From contig NIVC01001971.1 in NCBI GenBank assembly GCA_002269645.1, forward strand, positions 62,001 to 126,000: a stretch of DNA of 64,000 bases. The letters are read 5' to 3'. A program made the translations under genes and the position numbers. The notes beneath the pieces are model-generated. The model did not search any database and was not told where the DNA came from. It saw nothing but the letters and a program-made list of their open reading frames with translations. This document shows positions 13,601-25,856 of the stretch, piece by piece. Position 1 is the first letter of the stretch, and every line of letters starts with the position of its first letter. Source of the DNA: Macrostomum lignano. Lineage: Eukaryota.

Positions 13601-15861
13601 CTGGGCATGCTGGCTGTCGAATGCGAGAAGGCAATTCTCAGGCGACTCTTGAAGGAGATGTGGCGTGTCACCGTGGCGGCTCTAGAAAAGGAAGTTGTGC
13701 TGCCACCAATCAGCGATCCTAGACAGGTGAGCAGTTTTTAGAAGCGCTTAGTTACCGAGCAAACTTTATATAAACAAAGAGGCAATGTCCCCTTTTTAAA
13801 TTTAAAGTTTTACACCAAGTTTACAGAGCAAACTAATTTTACTTGAGCAGCATAACGTTTGCCACTTGATTGAGTTTTCAGCCAATCATGATTTTATGTT
13901 TAGGACGCAGCCTCAGAGCCACGGCTACTAGTCTTCCATAATCAAATTTCAGCTATTCCTCAATCTGAGCATCCCAGCTAAGGCCAAAGTGGCCGGCGTT
14001 AGCCAAGGCCTGCTAAGCAACATCTCCAGCATATCAACCCAGGTGTCCAATGTAACATCCGTGCCAAATATTAGCAACGTGTCTAACCTGTTGCAGGTAA
14101 AGAAAGCTAAGAGGCGCGTTGAAAATAGCGTTGCCGAACGTCGCACCTAGTCTTGCTCACTTGATCCATGTTGTTTTGCACTTACGGAGATCGCAAATTT
14201 CCATAGATCTCTGGCTATTTATTTACTAACAGTAGCATCGAGAGACATACACAAATCTTTGCCAATCGGCGATCTTATCTACATGAATGTTGTGTCTTCA
14301 GTCATTTGATTTGTCTGTCGCCTTTAATCTCCTATTGCTTTCAGTTAAACTTTCGTCCAGCAGCTTGTATTTCAAGCAAATCCCTTTGCTTGCTTATGCT
14401 GTCTAGCATCCAACCCAGACCCTTAATATGAGTATAGTGCCATTTCTATTTTTTCGTTACCGCAAATGCGCAAAATGTGCCGTTATTTTTCTATTTACGG
14501 TGTCTTTCTCATGAGTTAATCTTTATTATTGCACTATATTTCACCGTTTGTAGGAGTTTCGTTTCACACTACAATATTCATCCATTCTTGCATTCCAGCT
14601 ACATGTCAGCGACAATAGCTTGCACTTTTAACCTTTTTAAATATCCTCTCCAATCAACAGGACACTCTATCAAAGGATCTAGAGAAGACTATGTCTCCCA
14701 GGCAGTGCGCAGCGATCCAGGTAGCCCTAGAAACTGTCCGGCAATATTTCCACGCTGGCGGCAACGGTCTAAAGCTGGCTTACCTGGAGAAGAGCGCCGA
14801 GTTGCAGTCGTTGCGCTACGCCTTGTCGCTTTACTCTCAGACGACCGATTCGCTTGTGAAAACGTTTGTAGCAACACAGGCTGGCCAGGACCGGCCGGCG
14901 GTAGACGAACCTGTCGGCGAGGTGTCAATCCAGGCGGATCTTTTCAGGCATCCTGGCTCGGGCGAGGTCAAGGTCACTGTTAAAGTCGTTGCAGCTAATA
15001 AGCTTCAATGGGACACCAGCTCAATGTTTCGACCGTTTGTTGAGGTTAACTTGATTGGGCCGCATCTGAGCAATAAGAAGCGCAAGTTTACCACGAAGTC
15101 CAAGAATAATTCGACATCGCCAAAGTACAACGAATCGTTCAGTTTGTAAGAAAAGTTTTTTCTGTGCAAATTTTTCTGTTTTGATAGTTTATAAACGGAC
15201 CTTTGGAAACGTAGGGACCTTCGGAAACGTAGGGACCTTTGGAAACGTAGGGACCTTTGGAAACGTAGGGACCTTCGGAAACGTAGGGACCTTCGGAAAC
15301 GTAGGGACCTTCGGAAACGTAGGGACCTTCGGAAACTTAGGGACCTTTGGAAACGTAGGGACCTTCGGAAACGTAGGGACCTTCGGAAACGTAGGGACCT
15401 TCGGAAACGTAGGGACCTTCGGAAACGTAGGGACCTTCGGAAACGTAGGGACCTTCGCGATGTTCAAGACCTCTAGAAACCATCAGGACCTACTGGATCT
15501 TCGGGAGCTTTGCTATTCGCTATTGGAACCTTATTTCAATAGAATTCATTCCCTCAGCATTCTGGGCACTATTGAGGATCCCGAAGCATTCGAGCTGCAG
15601 ATTAGCTGCAAAGATTATTGCTTCGCTCGAGATGACCACCTGATCGGCGTCACAGTGCTACAGATCAAGGATATCATCGAGCAAGGCAGCTGCGCCTGCT
15701 GGTGCGCCCTGGGCCGAAAGCTGCAGCTCGATGAGACCGGCTGGACAATCCTTCGAATTCTGTCGCAACGGCCTAACGACGAGATTGCGGCCGAATTTGT
15801 TCGGCTGAAATCGGAGCAACGGCAGGACAATCCGCACGGCCTTTGGCTGGGCAAAAGTTAG
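1613..15861 (+). CDS. unc-13: Unc13/Munc13 synaptic vesicle priming protein, C1-C2B-MUN-C2C region (about 1215 aa in window; likely 5'-partial)
   Basis: Exons with GT-AG boundaries and consistent phases: 1613-1693, 2536-2823, 3730-4031, 4112-4153, (4829-4956 or 6144-6271), 6949-7064, 7468-7649, 10468-10777, 11181-11600, 11927-12078, 12669-13014, 13379-13726, 13953-14096, 14661-15145, 15558-15861 (TAG). Munc13 hallmark peptides: HVYKKTLQ, C1 [29 protein letters not shown]2[17 protein letters not shown] and [43 protein letters not shown]2[10 protein letters not shown] and GSCACWC. Confidence 0.97.
1970..2450. repeat. Intronic minisatellite, 32-bp units then 23-bp units (GAGAGGGGAATCCTATCCGCCAT)
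   Basis: Visible tandem array in an Unc13 intron. Confidence 0.9.
2990..3643. repeat. Intronic minisatellite, 30-bp unit (ACTGTCCTTCAGTAGGTCTGGTCACTACCC), about 21 near-perfect copies
   Basis: Two identical units per 60-nt line; source of ORFs 2915..3652 and 3008..3649. Confidence 0.97.
4238..4545. repeat. Intronic minisatellite, 21-bp unit (GCTGAGATTGGTGTGTCTGTA)
   Basis: Visible degenerate tandem array. Confidence 0.9.
4829..4956 (+). CDS. unc-13: Unc13 C2B exon, variant A (mutually exclusive candidate)
   Basis: 128 nt, AG/GTAGGT; encodes (W)[42 protein letters not shown], close to the canonical Munc13 sequence; acceptor (TAAAAAAG) lacks a pyrimidine tract. Confidence 0.9.
6144..6271 (+). 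CDS. unc-13: Unc13 C2B exon, variant B (mutually exclusive candidate)
   Basis: 128 nt, CAG/GTAGGT, same phases as 4829-4956; encodes (W)[42 protein letters not shown] with no stop or indel. Confidence 0.85.
9298..9556. mobile_element. Solo LTR (Gypsy-like) in an Unc13 intron
   Basis: TGTAATG...CATGACA termini, 4-bp TSD CCCC (9294-9297 and 9557-9560), internal CCAAT (9399) and TATAAAA (9425-9431); removing it restores a ~30-bp tandem repeat (GACATCTCAGCAATTCCCCCCGTAAGCCTT). Confidence 0.7.
10247..10467 (+). CDS. unc-13: Candidate alternative N-terminal coding extension (internal first exon) of Unc13
   Basis: Stop-free frame from 10130 runs in frame into exon 10468-10777; ATGs at 10217 and 10247 (AAAAATGA); peptide has RRRLS, RRRS, Q6 and an S/P-rich tract; branch point plus pyrimidine tract plus CAG acceptor at 10127. 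Confidence 0.5.
12185..12468 (-). mobile_element. tRNA-derived SINE
   Basis: Minus-strand head GGCAGAGTGGCACAGCAGTTAGCGCATCTGACTC...CCCAGATTCGATT with A/B-box-like motifs; central CCCCAAGGCTCAGAGAGTGTACATGC block shared with SINEs at 34.9 and 54.3 kb. The 3' end is approximate. Confidence 0.6.
15197..15457. repeat. Intronic minisatellite, 18-bp unit (GGACCTTCGGAAACGTAG), about 14 copies
   Basis: Visible array in the last Unc13 intron; gives the GTFGNV repeats of ORF 15181..15861. Confidence 0.95.
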
Positions 15862-17159
15862 CTGAAATAATTCCTCACATTACACAGGGGTCCTGTCTAA
15901 ATGCACAACTAAAGCACTCGAAAGCATATTTGTTCATGGGTGCTGGCTTTTTCGTCATCTATTATTTTATTTCCTGGATATTTAGTAGGATGATTAAAAT
16001 ACAAAATGATGACGAAGTAGCCATACATGAACATGCAATTAAGGTGCTTTTGTATCAGTCGAATCTTTGATTCATTTTTTATTCCCTGATTCGAATCTAG
16101 ATTGAAACTTGCGAACAGAATTGTGCAAAACATGTTTAATACCTAATAGATTGAATCAATTTGTTGAACACTATATTTTTAGTCATTTTTATATACTACT
16201 GTTTTAAGCATGCATCGAGATCGTGTTGTTATTCCTTTGCAAAACCATCTAATAAACACAATGCGCATATACTGTGGGTTCTACCAGTTCGTAATCCACT
16301 CGATTGCAGATGGCTTTTTGAGTTGCTTTGTGTGTTCTAGCGTCAGGACAGAGTAGAGTATAGTTTGTCATATTGGTTACCATAAAGTGTCTGATGATCT
16401 ACTTGAGAAAATTGCAACGAACCCGTTTTTGTGCATGTGCTATACAGCTACTGCTAAAGGTTAATTGCTTTTTCAGACGAAAGTAAATATATTTTCGTAA
16501 ATTGTCACGAGGTGCCAAATAAGCAAGTCAGCAATACATAACAACAATAGCTCGCAAAAATATTTTCAATATAATTGTAGTTAATTTGATGAAAGCATGT
16601 ATGCGTAATTAAAATCCGTCAATACTCGCATAATTATGATTTTTGCTTTTAAACTAGCGCAATTTGTCTATTTAACTTCTTTTGTAATGATTGCTTCGAA
16701 AAGGCAGATTTTTTATTCCTACTTGCAGCATCCACTTGTGTTTTTTTACAGACTACTATGTGTAGTAATATATTCAATACAAAGCTGCTTATTCTCGCCT
16801 TTTGTTTTAACCAAACTCTTAAGCTAATAATCGGTTGCCCATTTACATGTAGCTTTTTGGTGTTATACTGAGCTACTTCGGCTCTTTTTTGGCTATGCAC
16901 TATGCACTGTATATGGATGCATGTACGTATACTCGTAAACTACGTGTTAATTTCTAAAAATAGATCGCTGCACAAACTTCAGTAAGATCAAATTGCTTTA
17001 TTATAACTGCCATACAAATAATCCATCAAAAATAAAATTGATTAAGAAATTTATTTATAAGCAATTAAATTGAAAATTAATTTTACCATGTTTCAACGAT
17101 TGCGTCAGCTTTTTGTCGATTTCTATTTCATGGTTGACTTCAACTTCGTCTCTCTCTCT

Positions 17160-17492
17160 CAGGGGCGTCTCCACTGGTGGGACAGGTACATGTCCCCCAG
17201 TAAAAGCTATAGGGGGGGGGGGAATGCCAATGCATTGTCCCCCCCCCACCCCACCAAGGACCACCTAGCAGTATATCCTGCTAGTGGTCCTTGCACCCAC
17301 CTTTTGTGACCCGTTGTAAAATCGATAGTTTTGCTTCAGGGCGCCAAAATGTAGCGCATTTGGCTCCAAAATGAGTGCTAACATGCAACACCGATTCTCA
17401 AAATAGTGTACATGTAAGAATTTAGTCAATGTAAATGTAGAATTCCTGGCTTGCCTCTTCTACAACCATAAAATCTATGGCGACGCGCGTTG
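17160..17492 (-). mobile_element. hAT-like MITE, short relative of the 55212-56586 element
   Basis: CAGGGGCGTC terminus at 17160, degenerate CGACGCGCGTTG at 17481-17492; reverse complement of ~17340-17490 aligns with 55212-55345; no clear TSD. Confidence 0.65.
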
Positions 17493-17698
17493 ATTTTTTA
17501 GTCTAAATACGAGACGATGTAACTCGAATGCTGAAATGGAGTGCATTTTCTTTAACGTTTACGACGTAGATGGCACTATACAAAAAAATCAAATGCATAC
17601 TACAGCAAGGAAAATATTTTTAAAATTAAACTAAAAGCATTTTTGCAACATAACATCTGAGTAGACCTTACACCAAATATCTTTTCAATTGAAAATTT

Positions 17699-17990
17699 GT
17701 GAGCTTCATAGCACACCCCGAATGCTCAAATGGAGAGATTTCTTCGTGCTTTTTTATCTGTTGTGGAGACGCATCGTTCGCCACAGCGGCAAAAAACACC
17801 TGGGCTTGTTTGGCAACTCTGGCGACCTCAGCCTCTTTTTCTCGTCTGTTGAAAGCACAGAAAGAGGTGGATTCGAGCGTTGTCAGCATATTGAAGACCG
17901 AGATGCTGACTGTGTCTGCTGACGTATCAGCGCGGACCTGACATGCCACGGCGTAGACGCGCGCTGCCAGCAGTGGTTCATCACACCAGC
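17699..17990 (+). pseudogene. Decayed non-LTR retrotransposon RT fragment
   Basis: Translation ...VVSILKTEMLTVSADVSA parallels VVNTLKTEVLTVPDDIPAD of the RT fragment at 18.6-19.0 kb. Confidence 0.5.
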
Positions 17991-18610
17991 AGTCTGGTGC
18001 TCCATGTGGAGAGAGGAAAACCTTTCATATGAGGGGCCAGGCCCGAACCCATTGATCAATCCAAACTAGATGTACATGTATAGCTGTTCTACGTGTTCTC
18101 TATACACTACATAGCTATCTGAACCATATGTCATCACAGCCTTAAAAGGATCCCCTGATAAAAATCCGTCAGTATGATCCCGAAGTTCCCGATTTGTGCC
18201 CAAGCAGATTCCTATTGGCTATTCGGCTGAATGCTGCTCCCCGCTAGCTCCAACCCTTGATACTCATCCCAGGCGGGGCTCCGGCCTCGCCAGGTCTGGT
18301 CATACCGTAGATCCAGGTTCGCCAGGTCACAGAGTGGTGGCAGCCAGTGGGTCATGCAATAACCCGATGATCAATATTTGCACCTTAGCTATCGATGGGG
18401 CACATTTGGGGATCCTTTACCCCGTCTCTAATATAGCACTACCAAAAATTGTTATCAATATGCATGGGCGGGACAATCTGAAGGGCGATCTGTCGGTCAT
18501 AGTCTGGTCATAAACGGCTGGCAGCCATCCATAGTCATACGATCTGATCCTTCCCCCATGAGAAGACGGTTCACTAGTAGGGCGATTACATACATGTAAA
18601 TCATCATCAG

Positions 18611-19010
18611 TTCGACACTTCATCAGGAGTTCTGCATGGCGACACTTTGGCGCCGTTTCTCTTCGTGCTGCTGCCACTGGGTGCTTCGGACCGCAGTCTC
18701 CTCGACTAACGACGGCTTCCTGCACTGCGCAGACGCATCGGTCGACGCCACGGCGAAAAGTGCCTTATTATTATTTGCTTGGCTCGTCCGTTTAAGGCGC
18801 CCAGCGCCAGATCGACAGGTTGGTCAAGGTGGCATTGAGCGTCGGACTGGTTGTCAACACGCTGAAGACCGAGGTGCTGACTGTGCCGGACGACATCCCA
18901 GCGGACCTGACATGTTGCCTCGCAGACGGGCAGATGACCACGCTCGCGCGAACGCTACCAGCGGTTCACCTACTCGGCGGTCTGGTGCCTCACGTGGAGA
19001 GTGTGCAATT
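18611..19010 (+). pseudogene. Decayed non-LTR (RTE-like) reverse transcriptase fragment
   Basis: Frameshifted motifs FDTSSGVLHGDTLAPFLFVLL (QGD-type RT motif), HWVLRTAV and VGLVVNTLKTEVLTVP. Confidence 0.7.
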
Positions 19011-19658
19011 TTTTAAGAATGCTATACAGGCCTATAGTTTTCAAGAATGTTTTTTGGATTTAAAAAAAAGTTTTTATATTGTTAGTTTTTATTAATTCAA
19101 GCTTGGTTGTTGTTTTGATTTTTAAAGGCAATTTTAGCTTGAAAGAAATATTAGGGCCTAACTAAAAATAAAAAAATTAAAACAGGTTGCTACATTAGCA
19201 TTTCAGCCTATTCAGCTCGGACTTTAGGCCTCACCTCATTTAGGAGCTGTCTCGCTACGAAGCTACCACAATGCTGCAGTAGACCTGACGCAGCTCAGCT
19301 AGCTTGCCCCTTGCATATGACTACCAAGCTTCCTGCAATGCAGCTGCACGGCGCTGGCTGAGGATGGTCTATCGTTATGTTGGCAGCGGTGTAATAAAAT
19401 GTAATAGATGTAAAGATATAATATTAAAAAATGTAAAAAAATCACAAATGTTAAAACATTCAGAAATCATAGACATAGTTAAAACTTAATTTAATTCAAG
19501 TTAAAATTACACAGCATCATCTCTTCAAATTATGCACCCGAGTGGCATCGATCTAAAAACCCGGACTAAAGGTACAAAAACGAGTGCATAAGATCGGGTA
19601 AATGCCATGTCATATGCCACGGTGACATGTCTTCAACTCAATTAAAAGCGGGCTTATG

Positions 19659-22600
19659 TGTGGCAGTTGGGTGCCACTAGTGAAACGTAAATAACAGTTA
19701 TTTAAAACAACTCTCTAAAACGCATGCAAAAGAACATTAATTTTTTTTCGTGTCCACTATATGATTTTTTTGGTTCCTCATTTTCATCAAGTGGACATCC
19801 AGCTGCTGAACATTACTTCCATCTTTTGGACAGGGCTTGTTTCCTCCCGTTGGAAATTTGTTTAAGTTTTCTTTTCCCCATTGCGACAAAGCCGTCCACC
19901 CGAAGTGTCCATGCCATGTATTTTTAATCCAGCAGTCTGTCCAGTGTTTCCCCCAATTAATGTTCATGCTATTTTATCTACTATTTATTCTGCTTGTGAC
20001 GAGTCGTCCCAAGTATCCTTGGTTAGTGTTTTTGTTGGTGTTTTTTGGTTGGTGTTTTGTTTGTGTTTTTGTGGTCTCTCTCTCTATCTCTCTTAGTTCT
20101 GACATTACATTTACCAACTTGAGTTTTACTTCTATTTTCTAAACAGTCTTGCGCACCGGCGCCCGTGGATTTCATCTTCGTCTGGAATTTAATATTAAAA
20201 GTTAGTTTGATTAACAATACTAATAATTTTACTTAATAAGCCTGCTTCATTTAATAATAAAGACAATTAATAACTCCACATTTAACCGTTGACTAAAGCC
20301 ATAGTATTTCTTGAGTCATTTGCCCGTGGGGCATAAAATAACCAAAGTTCTCATCTCAAAGAAAGCTCTGAGACCATTAACGTTCCGTAATACGTAAATT
20401 ACGGTGGTGGCAGCAACTACCCTACTGACAGTAACAAGCTCTGCAAGTCGACGCAAAATTTACGGTGTCTGAATTTACGGTGTTTCATCACTTTGAACGA
20501 CCGCGCCGCTCTACGACCGCTCCGCTACGATTACGACTACCCTCCCCCCGGACTTGAGAACCCGGCTATCGGAGTAAAACAGGAGAAGAATTTCGTTGTG
20601 ATTCGTCTGCGCGATTTCTCCGGATTAATTCGTGCGAACTCAACGCCGGTGGCAATTCAAACGCGGAATCCGCCCATCACATCGTGGAAAGCTCACTTCA
20701 TGGAAAGCTCACTTCATGGAAATTTGAAACAACTCTCTGTGCAGACAACATGATCAACCAGGCCTTTATTCAAAACGATACAAAACAACTTTGGAACTTA
20801 TTAAAAACACCAAATCCCTCAAACAACAGAGTAACAATTGATGAAAAATTTGTCATACACTTTCAAAATCTTGTAACTGAACAAGACAGCAGCATTCGAC
20901 TATCATACAATCTTCACCTTGACAACCCTATTCTGGCTGATTTAGAGGATTTCAATGCCCCATTCACCAAAGAAGAAGTTATAAAACATATCAAAAAGCT
21001 CAAAACCGACAAAGCACCTGGGCACGATAAAGTATATGTAGAAACACTCAAATACCTCGAGAACGAACTTGCTGACCTCCTATGCTCACTTTTCAACGAA
21101 GCACTCAAACAAGGAACCTTCCCAACTAGTTGGATAACAAATACACTTCATCCGATTTATAAAAACAAAGGCAGCAGTGCCGACCCCAACAATTACAGAG
21201 GAATCTGCATTCAACCAATTCTTGGCAAGCTCTTTTGCCAAATTATTAAATCCAGACTCGAAAACCTAGCATACGCAAACAATCTTATATCAAAATACCA
21301 ATACGGTTTCAAGCCCAATCACAGCACAATCGAACAATGTTTTAATCTTTACAACATTATAAACCAATCCATCTACAACAAAGAAGAACTCTTTATTGGA
21401 TTTGTTGACTATGAAAAAGCCTTCGATAGCTTAAATCAACCGACCCTTTGGTGCAAAACGGATAATCAGGGTATTAAAGGTCAAATGACAAAACTTATCA
21501 AGAACATGCATAAAAATGCCTGCTTCATTCTAAAAAAAGATGATGATGATGAAACCCAGCCAATCCCAATATCTAAAGGTGTTCTTCAAGGCAACCCTCT
21601 CTCTACCATTCGTTTTGAACTATATATTGACGACATTGTTGAATATCTTGAACTCTCTAGCGCTAGGCGCTCTCTTACGAGATCTGCTTTCCCACTCATC
21701 CTACTCTTTGCAGACGATCAAGCCATTCTAGCTAAAAACAAAGACGAACTTCAAGACACATTTACGACTATGGAAAATTACTGCAAACAAAATTACTTGA
21801 AAGTAAACGCAAGCAAAACAAAGTTTATGCAGGGCAATACCAGACAAAAAAACGACACAGATAGCATTGCTACAAAAATATACTACGACAACCAAGAAAT
21901 AGAAGAAGTAAATGAATTTAAATACCTGGGAATTATTTTTGAACCAAAAACAGCTTTAAAAAATGTATTGAACACCAAACTAAGCAGGGATATACAGCCA
22001 TGTTTTCCCTACTCCATAGGGTAAAGAATACGTCCCTAGACATCACACTCATTCGCAGACTATTTGACGCGCTTGTTACCCCCGTTATCACTTACGGTTG
22101 TGAGCTCTGGGGCCCTCTGGCTACCATGTCTGATACAAAAGCTATTGATAATATTCAGCTGAAATTCTACAAATATCTCCTCAATCTACCAAAATTTGCT
22201 AGCAACAGTGTGATATCATCAGAACTTGAGCTTACTCCAATCTCTCAACGAATCGCTAAAACCTACCTCATCTACTGGCTGAAGATTAGACACAAAAAAC
22301 TCTGCCAAACGACTCTAGAAATTTTCTACTCAAGCACTGGCCAAAAAATCCATGGAAAATGAATGTACTAAAGAAACTAGAAAGTATAGACCTAAAAGCA
22401 CTAACTGAAGATAAACTTTCCCAAAGCTTTAATAACGAGAAATACCTAGTGAAAAAGCACCTCAAGATACACAGAGAAAGAGAACTTAGCCAAAGCTAGA
22501 GAATCAGCAACATATTAAACTCTACAAAAACGCCTATCTCTACAAAAAAATCTGCAGGCCCGACCTTTCAGATTACTTCCCATGTACATTTAGAAACAAA

Positions 22601-23440
22601 AAATTCTTAACAACCCTCCTAAAACTGAAATGCGAGATTACACCCAACTTTTTTTCTCAAGAACCATGTAAAATGTGTGGAGCGCGAAATGGTTCTGACA
22701 TTCTACACTACTTGACCGAATGTCCACAAACTGAAGAGATCAGGAAAAAATACTTCTGTCAATACCTCTTAAATAGCAATCAAATACACAAGATAGGATA
22801 TGCTACAAATGAAAAAAGAGTCAGAAAAGAACTCATGCACTGGTGTAGCTAAAATATATGAAGTCATGAATAGCTAAAACAGTTAAACAAACTGAATCAG
22901 ATACATTAGCAGTGTAACAAATCCGCTTTTCAGTTGTTTATTCATTTACTGTCTTTTTTAATTCCCTATTTAAATCGTCGTTATTCGTTAAACGTAAAGT
23001 TCTTCCGAAGTATTGTTTATGTTCGTTTTTTTCACGCTTTGAAATATCACGCGCTTTCAAAAATACTACATCTTTTTTTTACAAACTCGCTTACCAAAGT
23101 AATCTCGCAATTAAAGCTATACCTCGTAATTTGTACTCATTTTTGTATTAATATTTATACTCGTTGTTAGTTGTTAGTCGTCACTTTTCGTCCAAAAATA
23201 CCGTAAAAATTCTGGCGCGCTTTCAAATACTTTATCTTTTACAATAACTCTAACTCTTACTACTACTAACTCGCGGCAAATCGTCTTTATAAACTTCTAT
23301 TTCGAAAACTTTTCCAAATACATAGCTCTATAATATATTGGCCAAACAGGCTAATTGCCTGAGCCAAATTCTCTTACTACTACTACATCGTGTCAGCGAA
23401 ACCCGAGAGTTTCCAAAAAAAATTTCTCCGCCCCACCTCA
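19659..23440. mobile_element. TG...CA-bounded insertion (solo-LTR- or Ginger-like, about 1.1 kb without its nested LINE)
   Basis: Absent from the right arm of the foldback; 4-bp TSD TATG at 19655-19658 and 23441-23444; starts TGTGG, ends CCTCA. Confidence 0.65.
20687..23384 (+). mobile_element. 5'-truncated LINE (non-LTR retrotransposon), RT domain and CCHC C-terminus
   Basis: ORF 20684..22024 has KAPGHD, NYRGI, QYGFKP, FVDYEKAFDS, GVLQGNPLS, LLFADD, FKYLGI; frameshift into 22000..22362; later CKMC...HYLTEC; (TAC)n tail; 8-bp TSD ACATCGTG at 20679-20686 and 23385-23392. Clade not assigned. Confidence 0.92.
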
Positions 23441-23624
23441 TATGTATAAATCCAATGAACTACTTTCGGCGCATAATTAAAATCGTTATTTTGCTGTTTT
23501 TAATATAGATCGATGGATTAGTTCAAACAGTGGAAAGAAGTTTCAATGTTACTGCAATATTACTAGTTGCATTGCAAAGTGTAGAGTATTTAAATCAGAA
23601 TGAGAACTGTTTACTGTTATCAGG

Positions 23625-24199
23625 CCAGTGTGCGGATCATGTACCCGTGTACGCCGGAAAAAATTCGGGCGTCAAGGACTTTGTACGCCAGTGTACGCCA
23701 AAAACAAAAAGTTGCACTAAAATGTACACCAAAAATTCCTAAAAAAAGGTCATTCGGTTTTCACGAGTAGAGTTTTCTAGGAAATGCTTTGGTATGAAAA
23801 GTGTCTTTAAAATATTACGAATTTTTTCAGTTTAAACAAACTTAAATAATACCTACAAAAAAATTATGAAAAATTAATACTTACAGCAAAATTTTACACT
23901 AATTTAATTTTTTTTAACCTAAAATAAGCAAAAAGTTTATCATTGACGATATAAATTTTCCTTTACTTTACGTAAAAACGTTAATTTACTTTACAATTTT
24001 CATGCACGGCATGAATTTATTCACCAAAATTTGTACGCCAAAAAAGTATGCGTGGCTGTGTTACTTGTGTACGCCAATAGTGTACGCCAACAAAGTGCGC
24101 CAGGGGTTGTGTACGCCGATTGTGTACGCCAAGGACTTAGGGTGGCCGTTTTGTACGCCGGAAAAGTTCCGGCGTACATGCATACCATCCGCAACCTGG
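23625..24199. mobile_element. hAT-like MITE, 575 bp
   Basis: TIR CCAGTGTGCGGAT / ATCCGCAACCTGG, perfect 8-bp TSD TTATCAGG (23617-23624, 24200-24207), many internal TGTACGCC motifs; empty site seen in the right foldback arm. Confidence 0.85.
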
Positions 24200-24315
24200 T
24201 TATCAGGGAACTGTCTATTTATAATACCTTAAAAACATTTAATAAAAGAAGGCCTAACCATCTATACAGGCCTATTATGTAGGGTATACTGTATATAGAT
24301 CTTTTTAATTTATAA

Positions 24316-24780
24316 GGCAGTGACTATTCGTCAATTTACACAATTCAAAAAATGTAGGCCTAGCGTCCTGTATCGCGAAGGAATCGTCCTGTTACGACAT
24401 GCTTAATAGCTGGAACAGAAGATTTAAGCATGAATAACAAGAAGTGATGCAAATTAATTTCAATCGCGCATGTACAAATTTTCGGTCAACAACCATCATT
24501 CCTTTTGTTAAACGCTACCGGCAGGCGCCGCGGAACGAGTTTTTGCCAGGGGGGGCAGGACCAAGTTTCTGAAACTCAAGCCCAGACCCTGACTTGGACA
24601 ATGACCAAAAATTTGAGCAAAATTATGCTGTTGAACAGTATTTGAGGGGGGGGGCAATGCCCCCTCAACTTAATGTCAGGGGGGCAGCTGCCCCCCCTGC
24701 CCCCCCTGTTCCGCGGCGCCTGGCTACTGGACGAATAAAAATGACATTGTTCACCTGATACCGGATGAATAGTCACTGCC
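24316..24780. mobile_element. Mutator-like MITE
   Basis: TIR GGCAGTGACTATTC / GAATAGTCACTGCC, 9-bp TSD AATTTATAA / AATTTAAAA; empty site in the right foldback arm. Confidence 0.8.
24522..24722. mobile_element. hAT-like MITE, 201 bp, nested in the Mutator-like MITE
   Basis: Perfect 15-bp TIR CAGGCGCCGCGGAAC / GTTCCGCGGCGCCTG, 8-bp TSD GCTACCGG / GCTACTGG. Confidence 0.85.
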
Positions 24781-25269
24781 AATTTAAAAAGACCTATCTT
24801 TGTTCATTTATTTTTAATCAATGCTAAGCCTCTACTATAATTATATGTTATTAAAATATATCATTATAAAAAAGTTGGGCCCTATACTAGCTAGGCTTAT
24901 ACTTATAGCTTGCAAAATTATATCAAATTTATATCCAACATTTTTCTAATCCTAATCTTTTTACAAATCTAGCTTTTCCTTAGCCTTAGTATTTTTAGAA
25001 TAGATACAATTTTTTGGCATTAATATTTTTTTCAATTTAGTTTCTTTTCTAGCTATAATCCTTATTTGATTTTTAGTTTAAATTAATCTTTAAAAGCTAC
25101 TTTATCCTTAAGCCTAGCCTTAATTTGTCTAACAATGTAGCTTTCCCTTATCTTAATCATAATCCTTTAAAGAATCTAGTAGCTCTATTATAACCCTAAT
25201 CCTTTAAGTAATCTATCCTCTCTCTTATCTTAATCATCTAAGAAATTTAGCCACTTTCCTATCTCAATC

Positions 25270-25856
25270 CTCTAGGAATTTAGCTGCTTTCTTATCTAAA
25301 TCTTCTAGGGCATCTAACCACTCCCAATTCCCAATCTTCTAGAGAATTTAGCCACCCTCCCTTCTCAATCCTCTAGGGAATCCAGCTGCTTTCTTATCCA
25401 GATCTTCTAAGGAATCCAGGCACTCCCCTTTCTTAATCCTCTGGGGAATTTAGCTGCTTTCTTATCCAAATCCTCTAGGGAATCCAGCCACTCCCATTTC
25501 CCAATCCTCTAGGGAATCTAGCCACTCTCTTTTCCCAATCCTCTGGGGAATCCAGCCACTCTCTTTTCCCAATCCTCTGGGGAATCCAGCCACTCTCTTT
25601 TCCCAATCCTCTGGGGAATCTAGCCATTTCTCTTTTTTCAATCCACTGGAAAATCTAGCCACTCCCCTTTCCTAATCCTCTGGGAAATTTAGCCACTTCT
25701 CTTTCCTAATCCTCTGGGGAATCCAGCCACACACATCTTTCCTAATCCTTCGTGGAATCCAGCCATTCCCCTTTCCCAATCCTCTCGGGAATCCAGCCAC
25801 TTCCCTTTCCTAATCCTCTGAGAAATCCAGCCACTCCCCTTTCCCAATCCTCTAGG
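25270..25856 (+). repeat. 34-bp minisatellite in the left foldback arm (AATCCTCTAGGGAATCCAGCCACTCCCCTTTCCC)
   Basis: Visible degenerate array; inverted counterpart at ~26870-27620. Confidence 0.88.

Noticed and set aside
15181-15557. GTFGNV-repeat N-terminus of ORF 15181..15861
   Set aside because: Intronic 18-bp repeat read in frame; the true last exon starts at 15558.
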